From contig CAZOCQ010000001.1 in the NCBI GenBank assembly GCA_964578335.1, positions 1 through 53,112 of the forward strand: a DNA stretch of 53,112 nucleotides, in the 5' to 3' direction. Under the pieces are notes generated by a model. The model made no database searches. It saw nothing but the letters and a program-made list of their open reading frames with translations, and was not told where the DNA came from. Source of the stretch: an uncultured Desulfobacca sp. Lineage in GTDB: Bacteria > Desulfobacterota > Desulfobaccia > Desulfobaccales > 0-14-0-80-60-11. Both the position numbers and the translations under genes were made by a program. Below, in pieces: positions 28,052 to 36,968 of this stretch (within the stretch, counting starts at the first letter, position 1; each line of letters begins with the position of its first letter).

Positions 28052-28080
28052 GGCGGGATGCGCTGCGCTTTCCCGCCCTA
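28052..28080 (-). repeat. REP-A hairpin copy (inverted orientation)
   Basis: The reverse complement reads GCGGGAAAGCGCAGCGCATCCCGCC. Confidence 0.6.
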
Positions 28081-28181
28081 CGGGCTACGGGCTAAGCGAG
28101 CCGGAATAACCATGTTGGCGGCCGGTAAGAACTTTAGCACAGGAGGAAGGACAAAAGCCTTGAGCGAGAGATGTAGATATT

Positions 28182-28223
28182 AGGCGATTGTGAGAAGGCG
28201 CTCGGCGATTCTCACAACCGCCT
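28182..28223. terminator. 15-bp hairpin (one mismatch) between convergent genes
   Basis: AGGCGATTGTGAGAA ... TTCTCACAACCGCCT. There is no clear T-run on either side. Confidence 0.4.
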
Positions 28224-28226
28224 GTT

Positions 28227-28637
28227 TCATTCGCGGGTAAACAGTTCTTCCCTAATACCTGCCAGATAGCCTTTAGTTTTCCGGTTTATAAGACTACCCC
28301 CTATGATGGTCGCTTCGTAGGTGTCGCCAGCGGGGGGCCATTGGTAATCAAGAATTAATTTATTCCCTTCTTGGCGCTTCGCCAATATAGGGAAGGTTAA
28401 TCGCAAAGGGGGACCACTACCTTGAATTTCAATTATCAGGGTTAACTCATTTATCTCACTTAACTTATCTCCCCGAATAAATATCACTTGCGCCAAGTTG
28501 CTCCCTCTATAGACATATTTCCCCCCCGGGCTTGGATCATTATAGAGGTCTTCGGCGGCGCTCTGGGCCTGTCCAGTGGACGTGGCCGCCAACACCAGCA
28601 TGAAGGCCGCCATCAATGCAATACTTAGAGTTTTCAT
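28227..28637 (-). CDS. secreted hypothetical protein
   Basis: Signal peptide MKTLSIALMAAFMLVLAATSTGQAQS. Visibly lower GC than neighbouring genes. No recognisable family. Confidence 0.5.
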   Translation of the reverse strand: MKTLSIALMAAFMLVLAATSTGQAQSAAEDLYNDPSPGGKYVYRGSNLAQVIFIRGDKLSEINELTLIIEIQGSGPPLRLTFPILAKRQEGNKLILDYQWPPAGDTYEATIIGGSLINRKTKGYLAGIREELFTRE

Positions 28638-28878
28638 GTGTTGCTCCTTAAACGTGCAGCAAGTGCCTGGCCTTACTGTTCCGGCGATGGAGCTTAAGGA
28701 CCCCAGGCCAGCACGCCCGATAATGGTGAGCCAGAGGAAAGGGTAAGCATCATTGTCATCTAGGATTCCTTGCCATTATCCGCAAATCCCTTGAAATTGC
28801 CTAAAAATTGAAGCTATGATTCCCTTACCGAGCGGGGTTCTCGGCGGACGGGGGAAAAAGGCAGCAACGCCTAAAATG

Positions 28879-29418
28879 CTAATCCCCCGCCGGCCGGGGG
28901 CGCTTGACCCACTCCGGGGCAATCGCGTCGGGAATCGCGTCGCCCTTGGGGATATAAGGCTTCAGGTCCACGAGGGGGGTGCCGTCCAGGGCGTCCAGGC
29001 CGGCCACTTCCACCACATTGCCTTCTATTTTGACGATCTTGCAGGCGGAGAGGCCGATGAGGTTGGGGCGCACCGGGGCCCGGCAGGCGAAGACCCCGGT
29101 GAGGGGGTTGGCCGGGTCCCGGCGGGGGTGCACCTGGAGGGTGGCCCGGCCCTCCGGGTTGTCGTTGCCGTGGAACCAATAAAAGACCCACAAGTGGGAA
29201 AAGTCTTCCAGTCCCTTCAGGGCCGGGGCGAATTCTCCTTTAATTTCCAAATAACTGCGTTCATCCTGCTTTTTCACCAAACCGACCGGCTGAATGGTAA
29301 AAGTGATTGATTCAGACAATTTTGCGCCTTTCCGCCCGGGACCGGGATCGCCACTGTAGCCTGGCCCTGCCGCAGCGGCCAGCAGCAACAGGGCCAGGGC
29401 TGTGCTCCAAGGTTTCAT
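28879..29418 (-). CDS. TrmO/TsaA-like (YaeB family) domain protein with N-terminal signal peptide
   Basis: LKGLEDFSHLWVFYWFH, GVFACRAPVRPNLIGLS and LDGTPLVDLKPYIP are typical TsaA-like motifs. The domain is preceded by MKPWSTALALLLLAAAAGPG. Confidence 0.7.
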   Translation of the reverse strand: MKPWSTALALLLLAAAAGPGYSGDPGPGRKGAKLSESITFTIQPVGLVKKQDERSYLEIKGEFAPALKGLEDFSHLWVFYWFHGNDNPEGRATLQVHPRRDPANPLTGVFACRAPVRPNLIGLSACKIVKIEGNVVEVAGLDALDGTPLVDLKPYIPKGDAIPDAIAPEWVKRPRPAGD

Positions 29419-29443
29419 AAACCACTGCCTACCAATGCTGGAA

Positions 29444-29728
29444 CTACTTCTTAGCTGGCACTACTTCCATCTCGTAAACGATTAATTTGCCATCCACTTT
29501 GATCCCTTCCACCTTAACCTGCGTTCCCACCGCCGGCTTGGCGAATTTTTCGTCCACTTTGCTGTCAGCCACCAGGTAAATGGTACGGTTATCAACCTGC
29601 CACTGGCCGACATAACCTGCTTGGGGCATCTGTTTGATGACCCCGTAAAATTTTTCTTTGGCAACCGCAGCAGCCGCCAGGGACAGGAAGGCCAGGCAAG
29701 CTAAAATAACCACAAATTTTTTTGGCAT
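29444..29728 (-). CDS. DUF5666-like small secreted protein
   Basis: Signal peptide followed by the pattern FYGVIKQMP..WQVDNRTIYLV...GTQVKVEG...GKLIVYEMEV. Confidence 0.6.
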   Translation of the reverse strand: MPKKFVVILACLAFLSLAAAAVAKEKFYGVIKQMPQAGYVGQWQVDNRTIYLVADSKVDEKFAKPAVGTQVKVEGIKVDGKLIVYEMEVVPAKK

Positions 29729-29799
29729 AAGCGCTCCTTGGGCGGATATGTTACCAAAATATCGTCAATTTTTAAATGCCACATTTAAGCAAAATAGTT

Positions 29800-31263
29800 T
29801 TAATCCCCTAACAGCAGGGAAAGGAGCGGCGGCAGGGGTGGGGCGAACTGGTTCTGCCAGTGAGTCGGCATCGCCAGTTGGGTCAGGGTCAGTTGCACCG
29901 GTTGGGGGTCGGGGAAGGAGTGGCCCCAGTTATCCACCCAGACGATGCGGGTACCGTCGTTGCTGATGGTGGCGTGGGTCTCCTCCCAGTACTGCTGGGT
30001 GGTGTTATAGAGCTTCGCCAGGTAAACCGCCCGGGGACGGTTCCCGTCCAGCCGGACCAGGATATTGCAGCGGTCCAGCCAGTTCTGTTCCGGTCGGGCC
30101 GGGGCAATGTGGGTGGAGACCACGGCATAGCCGGGATAGTTGCAGGAGATATGGAGGCCGTCGCTGTTCAGACCGATGGGCGAGCCGGAGTCATAGTAGA
30201 GGATGACCAGGGGTTTAATCACGTTGTTATTATAGTCGGCCAGGGTATCTACAGGCTTTGCCTGTAAATCCAGGGGGATCAGGTCCACCCGGTCCGTCTG
30301 GGCGTTTTGCATGACGATGACTTCCCGGCCCCGGCTATCCAGCCCCACGTCGGCGTGGCCGGTGTTCTGGTGGAGCAGATGCAGCACCGAGAAGTCCTTG
30401 CTGGCCATCATCAGGCCCCAGTTGGGAGGGACCCCGCCTTCGGATTCGGCGCCGATGACCACCCAATTGCCCAGGCTGGACATGCCCACCCAGTCGAGAC
30501 GCTGGCCCTGGGCCAGGGAAAGGGGATAGGTCCCCAGGACCTGATTTTGCAGGCGGTCCCAGGTAAAAAGATATTTGCACAGGTAGTCCCATTCGGGGTG
30601 AGCCGGGTCGGCGCCGTTCTGCAGGGCCAGGGCCCAGAATCTCTTGTCCCGGGAGGATTCCCCTTCGTCCTTGCAGGTTATTCGATAAATGAAGGGATTG
30701 GCCGCCAGGAGGGGGGCGATGGCGGCATCGGCGGCGAAATCCTTGACCACGGTCCCCACCCCGGTGAGCACGTTGAGCCGGATGATGCTGAAATCCCTAA
30801 ACCCCCAGAGGATGTCGGGGTCGCTGGGGTCCCAGCGCATCTCCCCCAGGTTGTTGATGGTCTGCACTAAATTGGCCGGCTGGTCATAAGGCAGCAATTG
30901 GGTCCGATAAACCCGCCATTCACCCGTGGTCAAATCCATCAGGAGGAGCATGGTTTGATTGCAGTTGAAGGGGTCGAAGCGGGAATATTCGTGCCTCAGG
31001 GCAGTGTTTTGGGTGACCCGGGTCTGCACGGTGCCGAAGCGGGAGTCGGTCCATGACTGTCCCGGGGTCGGCTCGGTCCTGGGAATGAGGGGATAGGTGG
31101 GGTTGTTGGGGGCCAGGGGGTTCGGCACCTCGATAAACCGGAAATCCGGCGGGTAAACCTGGGCCAGTCCGGAGAGCGGCAGGACTACTAAGGCCAGGCT
31201 ACAGACCAGGAACAACAGCCTGAAGGTGCGAACCGCAGGGCAGGGCAACAGGACCTTTTTCAT
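29800..31263 (-). CDS. secreted hypothetical protein (possibly beta-propeller)
   Basis: 487-aa ORF with a signal or anchor sequence (LLFLVCSLALVVLPLSGLAQ). No motif I can name. Confidence 0.55.
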   Translation of the reverse strand: MKKVLLPCPAVRTFRLLFLVCSLALVVLPLSGLAQVYPPDFRFIEVPNPLAPNNPTYPLIPRTEPTPGQSWTDSRFGTVQTRVTQNTALRHEYSRFDPFNCNQTMLLLMDLTTGEWRVYRTQLLPYDQPANLVQTINNLGEMRWDPSDPDILWGFRDFSIIRLNVLTGVGTVVKDFAADAAIAPLLAANPFIYRITCKDEGESSRDKRFWALALQNGADPAHPEWDYLCKYLFTWDRLQNQVLGTYPLSLAQGQRLDWVGMSSLGNWVVIGAESEGGVPPNWGLMMASKDFSVLHLLHQNTGHADVGLDSRGREVIVMQNAQTDRVDLIPLDLQAKPVDTLADYNNNVIKPLVILYYDSGSPIGLNSDGLHISCNYPGYAVVSTHIAPARPEQNWLDRCNILVRLDGNRPRAVYLAKLYNTTQQYWEETHATISNDGTRIVWVDNWGHSFPDPQPVQLTLTQLAMPTHWQNQFAPPLPPLLSLLLGD

Positions 31264-31383
31264 CGGAACCTCCTTGCCGCCGAGTTGGCTCCCCCTAAGG
31301 ATTTACTATCAGAATTGGTAGATTTTGTAAAGAAAGAGATTATTGGGAAAGATGAGCCCTGTACGAGTTCTATGTTAAAATTT

Positions 31384-31410
31384 CGCAGGCTGGAAGCCTG
31401 CGCTACCAAG
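31384..31410 (-). repeat. REP-B element, inverted copy, directly after aroB stop
   Basis: CGCAGGCTGGAAGCCTGCGCTACCAAG is the reverse complement of the element at 18152..18178. Confidence 0.8.
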
Positions 31411-32526
31411 TCATTTCCATTTTGTGATTACCGGCAGCTGACCATTGATCTCAGCCAGGGCCTGCTCAATCAGGGGCAGGGGCACGTCCTGATGAACCAC
31501 CGCCTCTCCCAGGCGGCGCAGCAGGATGAAGGGCACTCCGGTTTCCTGGCGTTTCTTATCCAGCGCCAAGGCGGTCAGGACGGCGGCCTGGTCCAGAGGC
31601 GGCAGGGGCTTCCGGGTAAGGCCCAGGTTAAGGAGCAGCCGCCGGCCGCGGTCGGCCTCCTCAGGAGGCAAGCCGGCCAGCCTCTCCGACAGGCCCAGGG
31701 CCGTCAGCATCCCCCAGGCCACCGCCCGGCCATGGGGCAGCTTGAAGGCGGAGGCCTGCTCCAGGCCGTGCCCCAGGGTGTGGCCGAAGTTGAGGATGCG
31801 GCGCAGGCCGCCCTCCCGCTCATCGGCGGCCACCACTTCCGCCTTAATGGCCGCGGCCCGGAAAATGATTTCGGTCAGTTCCTCCTGCTGGCGCAACAGC
31901 CGGGATGGGCCGGCTGCCAGACGCTCCAGCAGTCCGGCGTCCCGGATGAAGCCGGCCTTGACCACTTCGGCCAGGCCGTTCAGGAATTCGCTCCGGGGCA
32001 GGGTCTGGAGGAACTCCGGGTCAATGGCCACCAGGCGGGGCTGGTGGAAAGTGCCCAGGAGGTTTTTGCCTTCCCGCAGGTTGATGGCGGTCTTGCCGCC
32101 GATGGCGGCGTCCACCATGGCCAGCAGGGTGGTGGGCGCCTGGAGGAAGGGCAGGCCCCGCATGAAGATGGAGGCCAGGAAGCCGGTGAGGTCGCCCACC
32201 ACCCCGCCTCCCAAAGCCAGCAGGAGCGAGCTCCGGTGCGCCCCGCGCCCCAGCAGTTCCCGAGCCAGGCGTTGGACCACCGGCCAGCTTTTGGCGCGTT
32301 CGCCCGGCGGGGCGGTGAGCAGCAACGGTTCCAGGCCAGCCTCTTCTAAGGCTTGCTGCACTTGGGCATAATGTAGGCGGGCCACCCGGCGGTCGGAGAT
32401 CACGAATAGTCGGCGGGGCAGGTTGAACGGTTTGATTAAAGCGCCGAGGCGGAGACGGAGGCCCGGTTCGACCCGAATCCGGTAGCTCTGATCCCGGCCC
32501 GGCAGCGGGAGCAGAATCTCCCTCAC
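31411..32526 (-). CDS. aroB: 3-dehydroquinate synthase
   Basis: GGGVVGDLTGFLASIFMRGLPFLQAPTTLLAMVDAAIGGKTAINL and NFGHTLGH. Confidence 0.9.
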   Translation of the reverse strand: MREILLPLPGRDQSYRIRVEPGLRLRLGALIKPFNLPRRLFVISDRRVARLHYAQVQQALEEAGLEPLLLTAPPGERAKSWPVVQRLARELLGRGAHRSSLLLALGGGVVGDLTGFLASIFMRGLPFLQAPTTLLAMVDAAIGGKTAINLREGKNLLGTFHQPRLVAIDPEFLQTLPRSEFLNGLAEVVKAGFIRDAGLLERLAAGPSRLLRQQEELTEIIFRAAAIKAEVVAADEREGGLRRILNFGHTLGHGLEQASAFKLPHGRAVAWGMLTALGLSERLAGLPPEEADRGRRLLLNLGLTRKPLPPLDQAAVLTALALDKKRQETGVPFILLRRLGEAVVHQDVPLPLIEQALAEINGQLPVITKWK

Positions 32527-33530
32527 TTCCAGCCTCCGGGGCGTAAGGTCTTAATCTCCTCCATCAAGGCGGCGAATTGCTCCGGATAGAGGGACTGCGC
32601 CCCGTCGGACAGGGCCTTTTCCGGTTCATGGTGCACTTCGATCAGGAGGCCGTCGCAACCCGCGGCCACTGCGGCCCGGGTCAGAGGAGCCACCAGGTCC
32701 CGGCGGCCGGCGGCATGGCTCGGGTCCACGACGATGGGCAGGTGGGACTCGCGCCGGGCGGCCGGGATGACCGCCAGGTCCAGAAGATTGCGCACGTGCT
32801 CACCGATGGAGCGCACCCCCCGTTCACAGAGGATGACCCGGGGATTGCCTTCGGCCATGATGTATTCCGCCGCCATGAGCCATTCTTCCAGGGTGGCGTA
32901 CATGCCCCGCTTCAGGAGGACCGGCTTGCCGGTGCGCCCGGCGCAGCGCAGCAGGGAAAAATTCTGCATGTTCCGGGCCCCGATCTGGATGATGTCGGCG
33001 TATTCCGACACCAGGCGCAACGAATCGTGGTCAATGGCTTCGGTGACCGTCAGGAGGCCGGTCTCCTCGCGCACCTTTTTCAAGATCTTCAGCCCGGCCT
33101 TGCCCAACCCCTGGTAACTGTAAGGGGAGGTGCGGGGCTTGTAGGCCCCGCCCCGGAAGACTTGGGCCCCGGCGGCCTTCACCTTGGCGGCGATGGTCAG
33201 GGCCTGGGTTTCGCTCTCGATGGCGCAAGGGCCGGCCATCACCACAAAGCGGCCCCGGCCCAACTCCAGTTCGGGCCAGCGGATGATGGTGTCCTCCCGC
33301 TTCAATTCCCGGCTCACCAGCTTGTAGGGCCGGGTAACCGGAATGGCCTGCACCACCCCGGCCAGGTCCACGAACAGGGCCGGGTCCACCGGCCCGGGGT
33401 TGCGTAGAATGGCAATGGCCACCCGCTCCCCCCCGGGCATGGGCTGGGCTTCGAATCCCAGGCCCTGGATCTTTAGCACCACCGCCTCAATTTGAGCCGG
33501 GGTGGCATCCTTGTCCATCACAATGAGCAT
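32523..33530 (-). CDS. 3-deoxy-7-phosphoheptulonate (DAHP) synthase, type I-beta with N-terminal regulatory domain
   Basis: VMAGPCAIESETQ, FRGGAYKPRTSPYSYQGLG and KRG motifs. The N-terminal ferredoxin-like MLIVMDKDATPAQIEAVV domain is present. Overlaps the aroB start by 4 nt. Confidence 0.9.
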   Translation of the reverse strand: MLIVMDKDATPAQIEAVVLKIQGLGFEAQPMPGGERVAIAILRNPGPVDPALFVDLAGVVQAIPVTRPYKLVSRELKREDTIIRWPELELGRGRFVVMAGPCAIESETQALTIAAKVKAAGAQVFRGGAYKPRTSPYSYQGLGKAGLKILKKVREETGLLTVTEAIDHDSLRLVSEYADIIQIGARNMQNFSLLRCAGRTGKPVLLKRGMYATLEEWLMAAEYIMAEGNPRVILCERGVRSIGEHVRNLLDLAVIPAARRESHLPIVVDPSHAAGRRDLVAPLTRAAVAAGCDGLLIEVHHEPEKALSDGAQSLYPEQFAALMEEIKTLRPGGWK

Positions 33531-33732
33531 GTCCCATCTCCGTTATCCAATAAAGGGTGGCCGAATATCTCTCCGAACCGCCTGCGGCTCGGGGAAGGGG
33601 CGGGTTGCCTGCGTCTCTTCAATTAAAGCCATATTTATCAGGGATCGAAGGCAAAATCAACTAAGGGCCGGGAATGCCGAGGAAGGCGCGGGCGCCTGCT
33701 TCGACAAAATTGGATGGGAGAGACCTCCGGTG

Positions 33733-33775
33733 AAAAAGCAGCAAAAAATCAGGGAGAGCGCGGCGGCTCTCCCTG
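33733..33775 (-). terminator. rho-independent terminator after the pseudopilin cluster
   Basis: CAGGGAGAGC-6 nt-GCTCTCCCTG, a perfect 10-bp stem, followed on the minus strand by ATTTTTTGCTGCTTTTT. Confidence 0.75.
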
Positions 33776-33810
33776 AGAAAGGTCCGGCGGGAACCAAATT
33801 TATTGCCGCA

Positions 33811-34902
33811 TTAATTAACCAGTTTGGGCGGCAGGGCGGAGCCGAGATGCTCCCCGCCGGCGCCAGTGGCCTTGGGATTCATATAGTTGGGCACGAAATG
33901 CCCTGAGACCCAGGGATCGTTGCCGGAACCGCTGCAGCCGGTAATCTTAAAGGCCGACCAGGCCTTGACTTCGGCATAGGCTCCCAAGGTGAAGCTGTCG
34001 GGGATTACCGCCACCATGTAAATCTTATTGGGATTGCTGTTAAATTGGGTTTCAACGGTATTGTAGATGGAGCTTTTCTCCCCGACCTGGATATAGATTT
34101 GGTCGCCCACGGACAGGGAAACCGGATTCCCGTTGATGATCAGGCCGGAGACATAGGAGGCGGAATTATCCGTGGTCTTGAAGGTGGTCCACTGCCCCCC
34201 GTCGGAGACATGTTGGGCGGAGCCGACATAAAAAGTCACCGGCGGGTCCTTATACCAGTTATTCTTGACGTAGGTATAAGGAATGGCGAAGGGAAAGGCG
34301 TCCCCGGCGGCGATGGTGGTGGGAGAGGGCCGCACCGCCACCACTGACGAAACGCGGCTGTTCATGCTGCCGGAACCCAGGATGGAGGCGAACACGGTGT
34401 TGACCGGTGAGAGGACGCCGGTGCCTCCCTCAGCCTTGTTGAGCATCACCCTGACCGCGGCGACCTCGTTGGCGCTGGCGGGGGTGTAGGCCGCCGGATT
34501 GAGATAGCCCAACAGGTGACCATTGGCGGGCGGGGTGTTGGGAATGCCCTTGGTCCAGGTGATATCCCAGTAGCCCAGCTCAACAATATTGGGTAGTTCG
34601 GCGGGGTCAATGCCGGCGAGGGAGGCGTTATCCACGTTATTTTGCTGAAGCGCTTCCAACGCTACGGTCTTGGCATAAGTCCAGTTCCATTCCTGGTTGG
34701 GTTGGCGCTGCTGGTCCAGGCCCCGGGCTCCGGCCAGGGCGCCGGCTTCGGCGGCTTTTTGCATTTCGCTCTTCACCAGGGTCAGGTGCGCAATATCCAC
34801 GGCCAGGGCGGCGATCCCCAAAAAGGCCACCAATCCTACGACGGCGATCACAGAGATGCTTCCGGCCTGGTCCTTAAAGAACCTGCTGTTGCCCTTCCGC
34901 AT
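33811..34902 (-). CDS. TadG-like pseudopilin (Tad N-terminal domain protein)
   Basis: DQAGSISVIAVVGLVAFLGIAALAVDIAHL... N-terminus. Close paralog of 34989..36089. Confidence 0.7.
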   Translation of the reverse strand: MRKGNSRFFKDQAGSISVIAVVGLVAFLGIAALAVDIAHLTLVKSEMQKAAEAGALAGARGLDQQRQPNQEWNWTYAKTVALEALQQNNVDNASLAGIDPAELPNIVELGYWDITWTKGIPNTPPANGHLLGYLNPAAYTPASANEVAAVRVMLNKAEGGTGVLSPVNTVFASILGSGSMNSRVSSVVAVRPSPTTIAAGDAFPFAIPYTYVKNNWYKDPPVTFYVGSAQHVSDGGQWTTFKTTDNSASYVSGLIINGNPVSLSVGDQIYIQVGEKSSIYNTVETQFNSNPNKIYMVAVIPDSFTLGAYAEVKAWSAFKITGCSGSGNDPWVSGHFVPNYMNPKATGAGGEHLGSALPPKLVN

Positions 34903-34988
34903 GGCTTGCCCCCTCCTATTTTTTAACTTTCGTTAAATTGCGCTATCTGAAGCCCCCCCTGGGATGGCCCCGGGGGGGAACCACGGCC

Positions 34989-36089
34989 TCAATTAACCAG
35001 CTTGGGCGGCAGGGTGGAGCCCAGATGCTCCCCGCTGGCGCCGCTGGCCTTGGGATTCATATAGTCGGGGACGAACTTGCCCGAGATCCAGGGGTCTCCG
35101 CCGGCGCCGGAACCGCTGCACCCGGTAATTTGAAAGGAGCAGTAGGCCTTAACCTGAACGAAGGTTTTAGGCGCAAGGCTGCCTTCCACCACCGGCAGCA
35201 TATAAATCTTATTGGGATGGCTCTGATACTGATGGAGAACAGTATTATAAACCGAGCTTTTGACCCCGGGCTGAATGTAAATGTCGTCGCCGACGGCTAG
35301 CGAAACGGGATTGCCGTTAATAACCAGGCCCGAGACATAGGAAGCAGCGTTGTTGGTTTCCTTGAAAGTGGTCCACTGACCGCCGCAGTCGGGAGTTTTA
35401 AGCGCGGACCCCATATAGAAGTTTACCGGGGGGTCCTTGTACCAGAAATCCTTGACGTACTGATAAGGAATGGCGAAGGGAAAGCCGTCTCCGCCGGGTA
35501 TGGTGGTAGGCGAGGGCCTGATGGCAACGATGGAGGAGGCGCGGCTATTCATAGCGCCGGAGCCCAGGATTGAAGCAAACACGCTGTTCACCGGGGCCAG
35601 GACGCCGCTGCCCCCTTCGGCCTTGGCCAGATTCACCCTGACTGCGGCGATTTCGTTGGCGCTGGCCGGCACATACCACTCCGGATTGGCATAGCCCAGC
35701 AGATGGCCGTTGGCGGGCGGGGTATTGGGGATGCCGTTGGTCCAGGTGATATCCCAATAGCCCACCTCAACGATGTTGGGAATTTCCACCGGGTCGATCC
35801 CGGCCAGGGAACCTTCATCCACGCTATTTTTTTGGACCGCGTCGATTGCCGTGGTCTTGGCGTAGCTCCAATTCCACTTTTGGTTGGGCTGACGATTCTG
35901 GTCCAGGCCCCGGGATCCCGCCAGCGCGCCGGCTTCGGCGGCCTTCTGCAATTCGCTTTTCACCAGGGTCAGGTGGGCGATATCCACGGCCAGGGCTGCG
36001 AACCCCAACAAGCCCACCATTCCCAGGACGGCGATCACGGATATGCTTCCCGCCTGGTCCTTAACGAATCTTCGGCATCCGTTTCGCAC
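34989..36089 (-). CDS. TadG-like pseudopilin, tandem paralog
   Basis: DQAGSISVIAVLGMVGLLGFAALAVDIAHL... Collinear and highly similar by eye to the 363-aa neighbour. Both end in LPPKLVN. Confidence 0.7.
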   Translation of the reverse strand: MRNGCRRFVKDQAGSISVIAVLGMVGLLGFAALAVDIAHLTLVKSELQKAAEAGALAGSRGLDQNRQPNQKWNWSYAKTTAIDAVQKNSVDEGSLAGIDPVEIPNIVEVGYWDITWTNGIPNTPPANGHLLGYANPEWYVPASANEIAAVRVNLAKAEGGSGVLAPVNSVFASILGSGAMNSRASSIVAIRPSPTTIPGGDGFPFAIPYQYVKDFWYKDPPVNFYMGSALKTPDCGGQWTTFKETNNAASYVSGLVINGNPVSLAVGDDIYIQPGVKSSVYNTVLHQYQSHPNKIYMLPVVEGSLAPKTFVQVKAYCSFQITGCSGSGAGGDPWISGKFVPDYMNPKASGASGEHLGSTLPPKLVN

Positions 36090-36104
36090 GGTTTGCCCCT
36101 CCTG

Positions 36105-36635
36105 CTACTCGCATTTCATGGTGGTGGCCACCGATAAGTCTTTATAATCTCCCAGCGTCGGGACGAAGGCGCCGATGATGAACCAATATTTCCGGGCCGT
36201 GATGGTCACCTTCAAATCTTCAGAGGTTGGGTAGTTCAACTTGGCAGGATCGGTTTCCGTGGCCGCCGGCCCACCCAGCGTGACCTGGGTATTGCCATCG
36301 GCGGGCATGAATTGCAGGAGTCCCCAGCCGCCTTTGCCGCCGTTTTCCGCGTCGGTTTTTAAAATGTAATTCTGGACGGAGGGGTTTAGATCTTTAGGCA
36401 GGATACGAGTTTTGGTAGTCGGATCAATCCAGTAGCGGGTGCCGTAGCGGGCTCCTTCCCGGCTGGCATTGGCCATGAGGTTTTTGATGTACCAGACATG
36501 GCTCAAATCCAAGACCCCGCCCACCAGGAAGAGTAAGACGGTGCCGATAATGGCGAATTCTACGGCTGACGCTCCTTCTGTCCGGCGCCCCAAACCTCGC
36601 CAACGACCCCAGGCCTTTTTTGCCAGCCGTCTCAT
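36105..36635 (-). CDS. TadE-like pseudopilin
   Basis: TEGASAVEFAIIGTVLLFLVGGVLD...ASREGARYG (TadE motif). Confidence 0.75.
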   Translation of the reverse strand: MRRLAKKAWGRWRGLGRRTEGASAVEFAIIGTVLLFLVGGVLDLSHVWYIKNLMANASREGARYGTRYWIDPTTKTRILPKDLNPSVQNYILKTDAENGGKGGWGLLQFMPADGNTQVTLGGPAATETDPAKLNYPTSEDLKVTITARKYWFIIGAFVPTLGDYKDLSVATTMKCE

Positions 36636-36753
36636 GTCATCACCATACTCAACTATTCCCTAGTTATGCGGGCTTGCCCCCGCTGTCCCTGCGCCCTCCG
36701 GCCTGTGACTCCTTACCTTGCCCGAATTCTAAACATGATCACCACAATTTAAA

Positions 36754-36770
36754 ATCAGGGAATCCCTAAT
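36754..36770. promoter_or_regulatory. near-perfect palindrome ATCAGGGA-A-TCCCTAAT upstream of the second pseudopilin module
   Basis: 119-135 nt upstream of the ATG at 36635. It abuts a possible TTTAAA-N16-TAGAAT promoter on the minus strand. Confidence 0.35.
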
Positions 36771-36920
36771 CTTTGCCCGCCATTTCCCGGAATTCCGACT
36801 AAGAAAAAGACTAATTCGGTTTTCATATAATTTTTAATAAAATTATATTTTATGAAAACAAAATTCTAAATGACTGAAAAATCATTGAATAGGAAATCTC
36901 TCCTGGTTTACGGAAATGGC

Positions 36921-36948
36921 AAAAAAAAGGAGGGCCCGAAGGCCCCCC
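36921..36948 (-). terminator. rho-independent terminator between the two pseudopilin modules
   Basis: The minus strand reads GGGGGGCC-TTCG-GGCCCTCC followed by TTTTTTTT. Confidence 0.75.
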
Positions 36949-36968
36949 TGGTCTGAGCTGACCGGAAG

